Shown here: one piece after another, positions 13,105 through 25,680 of the stretch
How the letters are laid out: each line of letters starts with the position of its first letter
How positions within the stretch are numbered: the stretch's first letter is position 1
NCBI GenBank assembly: GCA_904063045.1
Contig: CAJFCJ010000035.1
Span: 1-64,000, forward strand
Direction: 5' to 3'
Source: Dimorphilus gyrociliatus
Taxonomy: Eukaryota > Animalia > Annelida
DNA length: 64,000 nt
The notes under the pieces: model-generated
The model's input: only the letters and a program-made list of their open reading frames with translations
Database searches by the model: none
Told to the model about the DNA's origin: nothing
Made by a program: the position numbers and the translations under genes

Positions 13105-13589
13105 ATTCAGTTTTCCTTAAACTTTTGAGAGTTTTCTATATAGAAATTGACACTTATCACTACATCTTGTCTCATAATAAAGTTAATTATAAATAGCATA
13201 GTTATTCTATATTACATTCATTAAACACTATACTTGTTTCTAATTCATAAATATTAATAATATACAGTTTTTATCATCAACAAATACCTCAGAGTTGAGC
13301 TTCCTTCACAACTACACCAAGTAATTTACTTTTGAATAGTTCAACCTATTCCAAACAGCTCCTTTTTAAACGTCACAGACAAGTGAGACAGATCATGCGT
13401 AAACGAAATTAGCAATAATAGGGCAGCAGGTTACCTATTAAAAAATTTGTATTGAAACTTCAATATGTGTATGAATTGTTAGACTATAATTAAACAAAAA
13501 ACTCACTAAACCGGTTGTATAGAGGGCTTTAAGATCGACGATGAGTGAAAATAGCATTTTGATGCTATTACTAATTTATTTAAACAATT

Positions 13590-14410
13590 AATGAAATTAC
13601 GGTAGTGAACAAAAACAAAAGAGAGACCGTAAGTCTTTATCTTGTTATACGCTCCATTGATGATGATGTGAGAAAGGAGAATATTGAAGCAGATATAAAT
13701 AATATTTATATTGGGGCAGCAAAAGACCAAAATAACAGTCATGGCTCAACACAGAGCAGCAGCTGTTCTAGTGAAAGAGGGATGTCTTCCAGAAAAAGGA
13801 AGAGAAACAGTGCAGTAACTGCAAACGAAAGCAATGATGAAGACCTATCAATGACACAAGTCCATATAAGTAGGCTAAAACATACAACATCTGGCTAGCA
13901 ATGCCGGACCACACAAAAGGATGCATGTGCCTTTGATAGGATGGAAGATAGCATTGATGATGATGAAATAGGGCACTTGGGTATGGAGTAAGAAGAGGTA
14001 GAAAGATTCAGATCATCACCAAAGGATGCCAACAATAGTACAATGAAATTCCTATGCTCAGAATATGGGGAAATAAAAACAAAATTCGGTGCCGCCTTTG
14101 CTGTGTTAGAAAAAATGGGCAGGGCAACAAAGGAAAAGAAAAGAAATAGATTGTTATATATGTGGAAAGCCACACCATTAAGGAATTACCCACAATTCAT
14201 AACAATGAGCATTGAGGATCGAAGCAAAGCAGTTAGAAGGCTGAACCTATGTGAAAACTGTATGGCAAGTAGCCATAGCACATTTGACTGTTGGAGACCA
14301 GGATATAGGACATGTAAAACCACAAAGAGCCACATGTTGCAATATTGTACTTGTAAAATATTTTTGGCTCCATACAGATATTTATCACCATACAATTGGT
14401 ATTCAGTCTT
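13590..14410 (+). mobile_element. Mirror copy of the BEL/Pao gag remnant
   Basis: Reverse complement of 3185-4010; ORFs 13605-13898 and 14043-14432. Confidence 0.75.
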
Positions 14411-14511
14411 AAATAGTCTTTTACCAACATAGCAAAAGTAGGCTCAATAAAATAACCTTTTGTTTGGTAAAACAGGTTTTCAATACAACTTCAAAGATTA
14501 TTTAAATGTTA

Positions 14512-15262
14512 TATAAAGTGACGGTCTAAAATACCCGGACACTGTAAATTTTGATAGGCCAATTTTGAAAACACCCCAAAAATATTATCTTTGTTTTCAA
14601 TTGGTTTTTTTGTCTAAATACATCCGGATTACATCAGGTTTTGCTTTTAAATAGACGTCTTAAACTGACATTTTTTTCAACAAAATTAATTTTCCAAGTT
14701 AAGTTGATTACTTATTATCTATTTTACCTACTTTAGTTAATTTTTATATCATTTATTTCATTATGGCATGGGGAAAAGAGGTTAGGAACCTGGTAATCCA
14801 GAAATATGAAGAATTGGGGAAAGTAAGGGAAACTGCAAGGGCTTTGGGAATGGCATCATCTACAGTTAGCGACATTTTAAGGTATAAGCCACCCAAACAA
14901 GAGAATAGGGGTCGTCCAAAGAGACTCACAGAAAGAGATGTAGCAAGAATGAATAGGATTGTGAAGAGACTTAAAAGAAACAAGGAAAGGGTAACTGCTA
15001 GGAAGATTTTAAATGAATTAGAGGTAGATTTAGGCCTGAAGACAATTCAGAGAGAGTTGAAATTGCAAAATTTTCGTTATAAACGAATTTGACAAAGAGT
15101 TGATCTCACAAGCAATGACTGCAACAGAAGGAAACAGTATTGTTTAAAAACTATTCGAGATAACTTAGATTGGTCAAGAGTCATATTTACGGATGAGGCA
15201 AGGTTTTCATTGAGTGGTCCTGACAACTTCAGGATCTATCCAATAATAACTATTTTGAACCT
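14512..15262 (+). mobile_element. Mirror copy of the Tc1 5' half
   Basis: ORF 14763-15092 is identical to 2513-2842; followed by IFTDEARFSLSGPD. Confidence 0.85.
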
Positions 15263-15272
15263 CTATAGATAG

Positions 15273-15899
15273 TGTACTGCTCTTGCTGGCAAAATCTATG
15301 TGTTTGCAAGTTATAACAATACTGGTTCTACTCAAACCTTTAAACAAATGTTTAAATTAAAACGGTTTATTTAATAATAATACTTAAGCAAGTAACAATA
15401 TGAGAGTTCGATAGCAGAGTAGATAGTTTGTAAAAGCAGGTTGCCAAATTACCAAACACTCTTCTAATGTTGAGGAGTAGATGGATGGTTCCAGTGGATG
15501 TTGTTTCCAGATGATTTTCCCAGGTCCTTGGGTCCAGATGGAAGCTGCATGCAGAATGAGAATAGTGAGGATTTATATACTTTGAGGTTTGCCTCTGACA
15601 TCCAATCATCACTTTGCCGAAATGTGTAGTTCATATTTATCTTTAGTAACAGGATGTTACAAGGTTGAACATTTAGGAAGGTTAATTGAATTATAACTTG
15701 GCCACACCCTAGGCAAGTTAATTAAATTATAACTTGGCCAAACCTTTATTGATAATTAAAGATGAGCCTTCAATCTGACTAATCAGACTTATGTTTGGCC
15801 AATGTTATAGCATTTTCTTGTGTAGGTTTTAAGATGTACATGTATATGTTGCATCAAATAAAAGAGTTCAAGCATGTAAAATATAACCAAAGTTGTACA
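15273..15899 (-). mobile_element. Mirror copy of the LTR
   Basis: Reverse complement of 1707-2332; PPT complement cttcccccttcttt at 15901-15914. Confidence 0.85.
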
Positions 15900-15930
15900 A
15901 CTTCCCCCTTCTTTGTGAAGATGAGTCCCT

Positions 15931-16434
15931 TCACCTTGATTTAATGAGAATTACAGGTGGTTGTTCTTCTTCATTAGTTTGATGTCGACTAGAGCTACAA
16001 CTTTGTTTCATTAGTTTTGGGTTTTCAGGAGAGTTATCTGTGCCCTCACTTGGGGTAGCAGTTTCTTCTCTTTGTTTTCTTCTTCCAATAATATAGTTGA
16101 AAATGATGATACATACCATTGAAACTACAATACTCAAACAAATATTATGTATGATAACATAAAGTGTTTTCCCAGGTTTATAGTACCAACTATGGAAAAA
16201 CTGCTTAATTCCAGATAGATTGGGTACAATGCCATTTTTCTCTGCAACAGTGACCATGTTATCATACCTGATATCAATGAATATTGATGCCAATTCTTCA
16301 TTGTATGTTATCATTGATGAATTAAAGAGAGAAGCAGAGTTGATTACATTGTACAAGAAATTATTAAGTGAGAAAAAGATGTAGACAACAGAGAAAGCCT
16401 TATCAGAAAATTCAAAGTCAGATCTTTGGCTCAT
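15931..16434 (-). CDS. env-like TM protein remnant (uninterrupted 167-aa frame)
   Basis: ORF with a single C-terminal TM helix and cytoplasmic tail, directly upstream of the PPT-LTR. Confidence 0.5.
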   Translation of the reverse strand: MSQRSDFEFSDKAFSVVYIFFSLNNFLYNVINSASLFNSSMITYNEELASIFIDIRYDNMVTVAEKNGIVPNLSGIKQFFHSWYYKPGKTLYVIIHNICLSIVVSMVCIIIFNYIIGRRKQREETATPSEGTDNSPENPKLMKQSCSSSRHQTNEEEQPPVILIKSR

Positions 16435-17291
16435 GGGAGAAATTTGAGGTCAGATTAATATCTGCATCAGATTTATTGGAAAAGGCAGCCAGCATTTATA
16501 TTGCATCATAACTCATTCATTTAGCTTGTTACCATGTTATAAACTTAATCTTTTGTAATTTTTTTGTAGTTTGTTTTGTAGTTTTTAGTTTTTGTTTTCA
16601 ACATATCATAATATCATAAATACAAATTATATATTTATTCTCTCAATTTTCCTTTTCATCTTAATCTCGAAAGGTTTTAAAAAGAAAAATTCTCTTTCAC
16701 TATGGACATTTTCTCCTCAGTTGTGGACATTTTCTCCTGTGGACGTTTTCTCCTGCACCCGGCATTTTCAACTGTGGGCGTTAGAAAGTATATCTGACAA
16801 AAATGATGTACAATAAATACATTACATTTATGTTAAGGCCTTCACTCTCTTCAAATGATACATAATATAACATATAATAAAAAAAATTCATATTTTTTAC
16901 ATATATGTGACCACACTTGTTGCTATAGTACAGTGTAAAACATTCTATTTAAATAGAAAAAACTGGTAGAAACATTATGAAATCTATTTGAAATTCAGTA
17001 TATTTGGTAAGCTTGAAGCCTTTTTCAATTGCAGCCTTTCCTAACCTAATTCATAGATTACTACAGTGCAGGTTCACTTCACTTTTGTTGGGAAAAAAAG
17101 AAACATTTAGATGCTTGACATTGCTCAGCACCGAACAGTCACACCCCAATTATTTAGCCCTAACTGCACAAAAATGACCTTTTAAAAGAATTATCTTAAG
17201 TAAATTACCATGAATGGAACAAATGTCAAAGATAATAAAAAATATCATAATATATAAATATAAATTATAGTAGTTGACATTATTTTTCAAT

Positions 17292-20200
17292 ATGCAACTG
17301 TTACATAGTTTCTTTACTTTAATGTTGTTACATGGAATAGAAGGACAGAGAAGAATTTCTTATAATTTAACTTTCCATTCTTTTAGTGAAACAGACAAGT
17401 ATATCATTGGAAAACTTTTTGCTATACAATACTTTGAAAAGATAATTAATGTTGTAATACCTATCAAATATCCTACTGAATTGACAAATATAATTTGCAA
17501 AGAAGCATCATATGACTCTATTAGCTCAGTCTCTTTTCCATGTAAAATATCATCGTATCATCGTGGAATTTATCTAAGATTTGATGGGAAAACACACTAC
17601 GCAGTGTTCGTAATTAGTGTTTTGTTCTATTGTTTTTTGTATTTTTTATTTTAAAGTATTCAGACCGGTGCTCGTCACATAAGAACTTTATGTATAAAAT
17701 GTTATAGACATACTACTGAATGTAAATATAATCCTGTTCACATTTTAAAAATGGCATAATTACAGTGTACTTTTTCTTCATAAAATCTTTAGATATCTTT
17801 GCATTATATATCAAATTTAACTTATTTTACTTATATTTGAGGAAATTTCAAGTCTTCTATCCAATTTTATATAATCCAAAACAGAAAAAGCTTTTGTGTA
17901 AAGAAACAGAATTTTTCACAAAAAATCAAATTGATCAAAAATATATCAAGAATTTTGTAAAAGTAAATATTAGTGGTTATGAAACAAGCATAACATTTAT
18001 AACAGATAATAAAACAAGTATGATTCATACATGTACCTTTTCTCAATTGGAAGGTAAATTTAATTTTGCCCTTTCTATTTCTTTAAAAACAACTGAAAGT
18101 AATCATGTTATGTTTTAGACATTAAATTTCATTGGTTAAATACTACTGGGTTTATTAAAGAGGCATATTATGCCTATGACCCTTATAGGTTTAATTAGAC
18201 TGGTTTCTTTTGTTATTTAATACCAATATTAATTTTAATGTCATTTACAGGCAACTACTGAAAAGGGCACCTTCATATGTTATAGTATCAAAATCACATG
18301 GTGTGCATCGTCTTTTTATCAAATATTTGTTAGGCCTAAACAACCTATGTAAATATATCTGCAATGATATGAAAGCAGATAGCCATCCTTCTCTTTGCAA
18401 TATTAAATCAAATACTCCAACTGTAAATTTTGAGTTTTATTTCTATTTATAGGCATTAATTGGATTTCTACAGAGATCAGCGTTCTTTATGTATTGCTCA
18501 TTTCATAAAACAACATTCCATGACTGTAACTATACTCCTAACAATGCTCAAGCACTTTTAGAAATTGAACCTAACTGTGGTAAAAGCCTTCATAGGAATG
18601 GTAGGAGTTTTTTTAGAATTATGTTGGCCTACATTTGTTATTCATTATATAGATTTCAATTTCCGGTTATATAACAACAATGATCAATCCATTTTATACC
18701 AACAAAACAGTGGAACTTTTGAGACATTTATTGGATATCTCCAGATTATTTTTGAGGGGAAATGGTCAAATTTTACATTAATTCACTACAAAGCGCATAC
18801 AATTATTTGTAATAGTTTTGGTTTTAAATATGCTGAATATGTAGGAACAAAAGAGGTGGTTACTTTAAGATCTGAAGCTCCTTTAAATGCTTTATATTGT
18901 GATGAAAATGCCAAGCATCTAAATGAATGTTTTATTTTAATGCAATTATCTGGCAGGTAATCAATTGATTTTTGTTAGAAATATATATATATATATACAG
19001 TCCGCGACAGAAATTCTCATATAACAGATCAGTATCCTTATTTTATTTTAGATGGAATAAAAATGTGAATTACCATATTGAATGTTTAAAAAAGAGATCA
19101 ACTGATAGTAAGAAATGATTAAACTATTGCTCTTTTTCTAGTTTCTTCTTTGCTTATATCATTTCATATTTCTGCACCCAATTTAGTTTGTCAATATGAA
19201 AGAAGCCATTTAATCAATAATATTTGTTATATATTTCACTTTTCAAAAAAATTTCTATCAATCTCACAAATGAAAGAATATTGCCAAAGAGATAATCTTA
19301 CTTTAGCTGATATTTCAACTCAAAATATTTATAATTCATTAGTCATTTTAAGTGATTATTTTGTCTATTATGCTTCAATAACATTTTTTAATTTTCAAAA
19401 ATCTGAATTTACAATATATAATGGTAAAATTAACTTTTTTCTTTTAATAGTTCATTTTTTTATAAGTAACATTTAACAGAATTACAAAATGTTCTATGGA
19501 ATGGTAATGACATTGAGGTTACACCTTCAAAAACCCCTTTTGAATTCTACTCAAAAAAACCATTGAAGCATCCTTTAGTAAGTTATTCAAAAATTAATGA
19601 TAAATGTCCTTGGACTTGTATATTATGATATTTCCAGTATTTTAAACCATTCACATATCCTGTGGAAATTTCTAATCTTAATGTGAACACTGAAAGATGT
19701 ATTAAATTCTTAAAAGTTTGAATCTTTAATTAATTTCACAATACTATTCAAATATTTTGCTGTATTTCATATTTGTCAAGATTGATTTTGGTGAAAAATC
19801 AAGTTTGTGTTTTTTTCTTTCAACTAAAAATTCTAGAGAGAAAAAACTGTTTTTTCTTCATTTTAGCTACAGAAATCAACAGAGTGAATTGCAATATAAT
19901 TAAAAAACCTTATTACATTTGCCAGAAAATTTATAGTATTAAAAAACAATTTACAATAGAAAATAAAATATATTTAGTGTCTTTTTTTTAGTACATTCAT
20001 CAAAAGTTGTTTCAAATTTGAAAGAAATACTACTCTATTTGGAAGTATCCCATAATTCCTCACACAATTTAGGTCATAATCTATTTTTATGTAGAAGGAG
20101 TAAGATTATTATTAATATAGCCTACTTATGTGATGGTATAGCTGATTGTTCGGATAATGAAGATGAATTAAATTGTGAAAATGTTCCATTGTTCAGATGT

Positions 20201-22969
20201 TTATCAACAGAGAATAAAATGATAAGTTATACATTAGTTTGCAACTTTCACAATGATTGCCCTGATAAATCTGATGAAAAATTTTGTTGTGAGCACTGAA
20301 AATTAAATCAACCAGTAATAAACAAGTATAAAAATATATATTTCAGATAGGAGTAATAAATGCAAAGATTTAAAAGAAGGGTAAAGAAGGCAATGTTTTT
20401 TTATTCTAATAGCTTTAAAGAATAAAATAAAACAATTAACTAGAACATGTCACAGTGGTCAATGCATTAACATTGAAGAAATATGCAACAATGAGAAGAA
20501 CTGTTTTGACCTAAGTGATGAAATATGTAATGAAAATGAAGCAATAGTTAATTATTTTAAAAATGGTTTGAGTTCACATTTACAAACAAAAAAGAAAACA
20601 TTTTATTTTTCAACTAAAAAAAGGCTGTAGAAAACATTTTCAATTCCAATGTTTAACTACATGTATCCAATTATCAAAACAGTGCAATCTATTCAATGAT
20701 TGTCCATCAGGATATTATGATGAAGATGAGACTAGCTGTTTTGAAATACTAACAAAAAGGGTAGAAATTTTTATATATTTTAAAAAATGGACAAAAAAAA
20801 AATAATTATTATTATTGAAGTTTCAGCTGGTTGGTACTAAGTATATTAGAAAGCCAATTACTTGTAAATTAAGTTACAATGCTATTGGAACAACAACCAC
20901 AAGATTCTATTTTCCTTTTAATGATTTTTTCTATTGTAATAAAACTAAATGCTCTCCAAATGAATTTTTATGTGTTCAAGAGAAATTTTGCATTTCAATT
21001 GAACTCATTTGTGATGGTATTAATCATTGTTTTAGCAACGAGGATGAGCAATTCTGTGGTGAGTAGTATTTTAGAATACTAAAAGAGGATAAAAAATAAC
21101 TTTTAGATGAATACAATATAAAATATTTCTTCAAGTGTAAAAATCAAAAACAGTACATTGAACTAGCAAAAGTTTGCAATAAAATTGTTGACTGTGCTGA
21201 AGGAAGTGATGAATTATTTTGCAATATAGAACTATTTAATCATGGATTATGTAGAAAAATTTTAAACTATGAATATATATGTGAAGCCAAGGGAGATTCT
21301 AACATCATAACTATTAATTCTAGTATAAGAAGACTAACAATTTCTGGAAATATAAACATAAATTCAAATAGCATTATTTTTGATCACATGATGCATTTAA
21401 TTGTTCATAACAATCCAAATTTTTTATTACCTACATTTTCAATGTTTCCAAATCTAATAGTATTAAATTTGCAAGGAAATAATTTAAAATTTAAATTTAG
21501 AACAAACACTTTCAAGTTGGAAATGCTACAATATTTAGATCTTTCCAGAAATCTTTTAGAAGATATAGGTGAAATAAAGAAGCTAAATTGTTCCTTCTTA
21601 ACATATCTAGACATTTCAAATAATCCAATAAAATATTTAAGTTCAAATTTAACATATTTTAAAAATTTAGAAATTTTAAAAATATCAAATTGTGATATTT
21701 TTGAAATTAGTTTACTGTCATTTCAATCATTAATTAAATTGAAAATATTGCATTTAAATAATACAAATTTTCCATTCGATGAAAGTGATAGAATTGCAAA
21801 ATATATAAATAGTGTTGAAAGTATTGTGAGTAAAAGTTATGGATTGTGTTGTTTGGTATGGAAATATGTTAGTAAGAGTGTTAGTTGTCTCCCAAAAACA
21901 TCATTATTCAATACCTGTTCAGATTTATTGAGTTCAACGCTGATTAAATTGTTTTTTTCTATTTTTGGATCTATTACTTTTATTGTTAATCTTCTTTCAA
22001 TAGTTCTCTGTCTTATAATAATTTCAGCATCAAGGTTATTTAGGTTAATGTTGAATATGGCTGATTTTTTAACATCATTCTACATTCTTTCAATTGTAAT
22101 TGTTGATAAGCTGTATCATAATAATTATATTGAAAATGATTCAAGATGGCGTCAAAGTGGATTCTGTCAATTTTTAGGGACATTAATGACCTTTTCTCTA
22201 TTACTTTCATCAGAAAGTCTTTTACTAATTGCAGGAGAAAGATATATTGCAGTTGTATTTCCATTTTTAACATCCAGAATAAAACATTATTTCAAATATG
22301 TTGCTATATTCATACTATTCCAAGTACTTTTAACATCAATAATTCCACTTGTACTATATAAAGTAAACAATCATAACACTGATTATTTAATTATTTTGTA
22401 TGGTTCTAATTCCATTTTTTTCTTTTTCTAATCTTTTTCTCACAGAGTGTTTATGGAAAATCACCAATATGCTTCAATATCCATATCAGAAGTGAAAAAG
22501 AATATGGCTGGGTTTATTCGTTTGTTATCTTTAATATAACAACCTTTTCAATAAGTACCGCAATTGCCATATTATATGGAAATGTTATTTGTTATGCAAA
22601 AAGTTCATTTATACAAATGGAAAACAATGGAAAAAAACAGGAGAAATCCAGAAAGAGATTACTTAGAACTGTTTTTGTTATAGTTGCTACAAATATTTGT
22701 TGTTGGCTTCCAATATCAATATTAGGTATTGTTACAAATGGCAGTTGTATAGGCCTTTCAACTAAAAATCTTTCATCCATTTTTTCTTTTAAGGTGTGAT
22801 TTCATTAGTTGTTGATCTTCATATAAGTAATGATGTCTATTCCATTATTGTTTCTATGTTTATATCTATAAATAGCTTGTTAAATCCATTTTGCTATTCT
22901 TTTACTGATATTCAACAAATACTGTATAAAAGGAGAAAAGCAAAAGAAGAGAAAAGGTTCTTTCTATAG
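17292..22969 (+). CDS. GRL101-like (LGR type C2) GPCR: signal peptide, SRCR-like and C-type-lectin-like modules, at least 6 LDLa repeats, LRRs, 7TM; multi-exon
   Basis: LDLa repeats LCDGIADCSDNEDELNC, VCNFHNDCPDKSDEKFC, ICNNEKNCFDLSDE, CNLFNDCPSGYYDEDE, ICDGINHCFSNEDEQFC and VCNKIVDCAEGSDELFC. LRRs in 21388-21900. TM3 LIAGERY, TM6 ICCWLPI, TM7 INSLLNPFCY. Stop at 22967-22969. Exon boundaries only partly resolved. Confidence 0.88.
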
Positions 22970-23029
22970 TGTTTATCCCTCTCAGCATCCTTATCAAGAA
23001 TTTTTTCAACTTCTTTTAGACGGAAGGAA

Positions 23030-23419
23030 ATTTGGCAAGCAGCTGATGAAATGCTACGTAAATGTTAGTACAAAACCAGTTTTCATTGTAAAACATGACC
23101 TGAAAGATTTCTCCTATTGCCTTTTTAAGCAATGGATTTTTTTAGACAGTCAAATGGCTATTTAGTATTAGAAGAAAAAAATGTAAAGTCTTTGGAAAAG
23201 AATTTCCTTTCAAAAAAATTCTTCATTGAGAAAGAATATTTCAAAGTAGCAAATGATATTTCAGCTGCAATTGCCTATTGCCATAGTAAAAAATTCACCT
23301 ATGAAAAGCAGCCCACACTTGATGATATATATTATAATGTGAGAAAAATAACATATTGGGGTGAGGATTATTCAAAATTTCAAATTTTCAACAGAGATAT
23401 AACTCATTATACATATTGA
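23030..23419 (+). pseudogene. Degenerate protein-kinase-like fragment
   Basis: GYLVLEE (hinge-like) and KVANDISAAIAYCHSKK (subdomain VIa-like). No HRD/DFG motif visible and the frame is broken upstream. Confidence 0.35.
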
Positions 23420-23699
23420 AAATGGAGAATTTTGTACAATCAACTATTGAGAAAGAGAGACAAGATATCCTATCATTTGGTGTAATTGTTAAAAAACTTT
23501 TACAAAAAAAACAATGTTACAAATAAAGAGAATCAATGATAAATTGTTGAATTTCTTCTTTAAAAATTCAAAAAAACTCTTTGTTTGCCATAGAGTTTGA
23601 TTTCACTTGTATATCTCTGTTTTATGAATAAAAATTATTTAAATCCAAAAAGAGAAATTAATGTTAGATTAATGTTTCAGCCTCATTCTTAACATTTTA

Positions 23700-24960
23700 A
23701 TCAGTTTTTTATCTTCTATAGAATAATAATCTAATGTTTTCTCTTTCACACCAATTCTCCAAGCAAATTTCCTAACCAATTTCTTTGTTCATCTTCCAAA
23801 TAACATTCTGATACATCTACTCAGTGTAAATTATATAAAACCTTTTCCGACACCCTTGTGTTAGCCAATGTCGCAAATTATTTCCACACAATTATAGTTT
23901 TCTGTCTTTTTTAGCAGAATTATTCCTAAAAACACTTCATAGAGCTCAATTTGATTTAGACAATTTACAAAGGGGTAGTTAAATGCATGGCTCTTCTTTT
24001 TTTATGCATCACATCTTTATGTTGATGTTGGCAGTTTCCAAATATTTGGAAAACTGATAATTTATAATATTACTTACACTTTATGTAATGACTTGAACTT
24101 TGAACACACAAATTAATCTTGCTTAATCTATCATATTATCTCATAAACTAGACATTATTCACTAAAGGTTGAATTGGGAAATTTTTCTTCATTATAAATT
24201 CCAATTGCATTCATTATTAGTTAAGGAATTAATTCCATTGTTTGGGATATTTTCTGATTCGCTAGATGGTTAGTTGTAAGTTAGAGATGGTATACCAGCA
24301 TTGAATGACAATTTCCTAAGACATTTGATGCATATTGTATGCTGATGAGAATCTATTGACGAAATACTCTTGGTTATCAAATATTTCAAGCAAATTGAAC
24401 AGATTGAACCACAATTGCTGTCATTGATATCCGAGCACAAAAAATCGTTTCTTGTAAAATTGTCAAATAAAGATCCGAAGGAAGGAGAGATATTTTCGTA
24501 TTTAAACTTCTCTTCTCCCACACAAATTTCTTGCAAGTAGGAACATTCTTTCAACATCATTTCAAGTTTGCTAACTTGTCTCGTAAGGTGACAGTTATAG
24601 AAATCCAACTTTCAAAGACTTTTGGCTAAAGTTCTTAATCCAGAATAATTCTATCAAATCCTTGTTTAATTCCTAACTTGAATTCTAGGTTTAGTTCATG
24701 AATAGAACAACAACTTTCTAATAGACTACCAAAATCACAACTTAAGTTACAATTGTAGAAACAAAGTTTTGTCAGAGAGTAACAAGATAATGAAGATTTC
24801 AATGCAGAACAAATACCACCAAAGCCGAGTTCCATTTGCTTATTCAAATTTAAAGTCAACTCTTTCAAAGATCTTTCTTTCAAAAGATCAGTCAATTGAT
24901 TGCATTGTTCTTGACACTTGATTTCCAGTTTGCCATTTGAAAAAACATTGCAAACCAAAA
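23700..24960 (-). pseudogene. Degenerate RI-type LRR gene fragment (NLR-like family) with an embedded partial RING-like motif
   Basis: LTKLCFYNCNL, MDFYNCHL and DVSECYLEDEQRNWLGNLL resemble the repeats of 43882-44916. CSIC-x14-HQHTICIKC lies at 24300-24400. Several stops and frameshifts. Confidence 0.6.
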
Positions 24961-25051
24961 TTTTTTTAACTTATTCAATTCTCCAAGTTAAGTTTATCTA
25001 ATATTGTCAATTTTAATTATATGAGTTCATTTTTATTGTATTTATTTAACT

Positions 25052-25680
25052 ATGACATGGAGTAAAGACATTAGGGATCTTGTACTAAGGAAATATAAGG
25101 AAATAGGAAAAGTAAGAGCAACAGCAAGGGTTTTGGGGATGGCACCATCATCAGTTAGCAATATTCTATGATACAATCCTCCAGAACAGGAGAATAGGGG
25201 TCGTCTAAAGAGACTTACAGAGAGAGACATAGGCAGGATGAAAAGAATAATAAAGAAATTGAAAAGAAACAAGGAAAGAGTGATAGTAGGAAAAATTTTA
25301 CAGGAATTAGAAGTAGATGTTAGCTTAGCAACAGTTCAGAGGGAGCTGAAAAGACAAAATTTCAAGTATAAATGAGTGAGACAAAGACCTGACCTCACAT
25401 TCAACAATTGCGAAAGATGAAGAACATATTGTCTTAAAATTATCAGTGATAATCTAGACTGATCTAAAGTAATTTTCACTGATGAAGCTAGATTCTCACT
25501 GAGTGACCCTGATGACTTCAGAACATGGACAAATCATGGTGAAAAAGAATTCAGGGTGACGAAATATATGGGCAGAGGTGGAGTAATGGTTTGGGGACTG
25601 TTGAAGTTCAACAGCATCAACTTCTAGAATTTTCACAAGAGCGTCATTGTCCCACTATTGGAAGCCAATATCGACAATTC
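25052..25680 (+). mobile_element. Degenerate Tc1 transposase paralogue of 14763-15262
   Basis: MTWSKDIRDLVLRKYKEIGKVRATARVLGMA... with stops, then IFTDEARFSLSDPD and GRGGVMVWG. Confidence 0.85.

Larger units (their letters stand above)
1..17606. repeat. Giant inverted repeat (palindrome), arms about 8.8 kb, 23-nt non-palindromic spacer at 8787-8809
   Basis: Base 1 onward (cactgcgtagtgtg...) is the reverse complement of ...cacactacgcagtg ending at 17606. The ORF track shows mirrored ORF pairs (e.g. 2513-2842/14763-15092, 4493-4690/12907-13104). At the apex, aacttt (8781-8786) pairs with aaagtt (8810-8815). The left arm runs off the window edge. Confidence 0.98.

Noticed and set aside
18981-19015. 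(TA)n followed by cagtccgcgacagaaa, like a Tc1 terminus in a GPCR intron
   Set aside because: Only about 18 bp with no partner end; insufficient.
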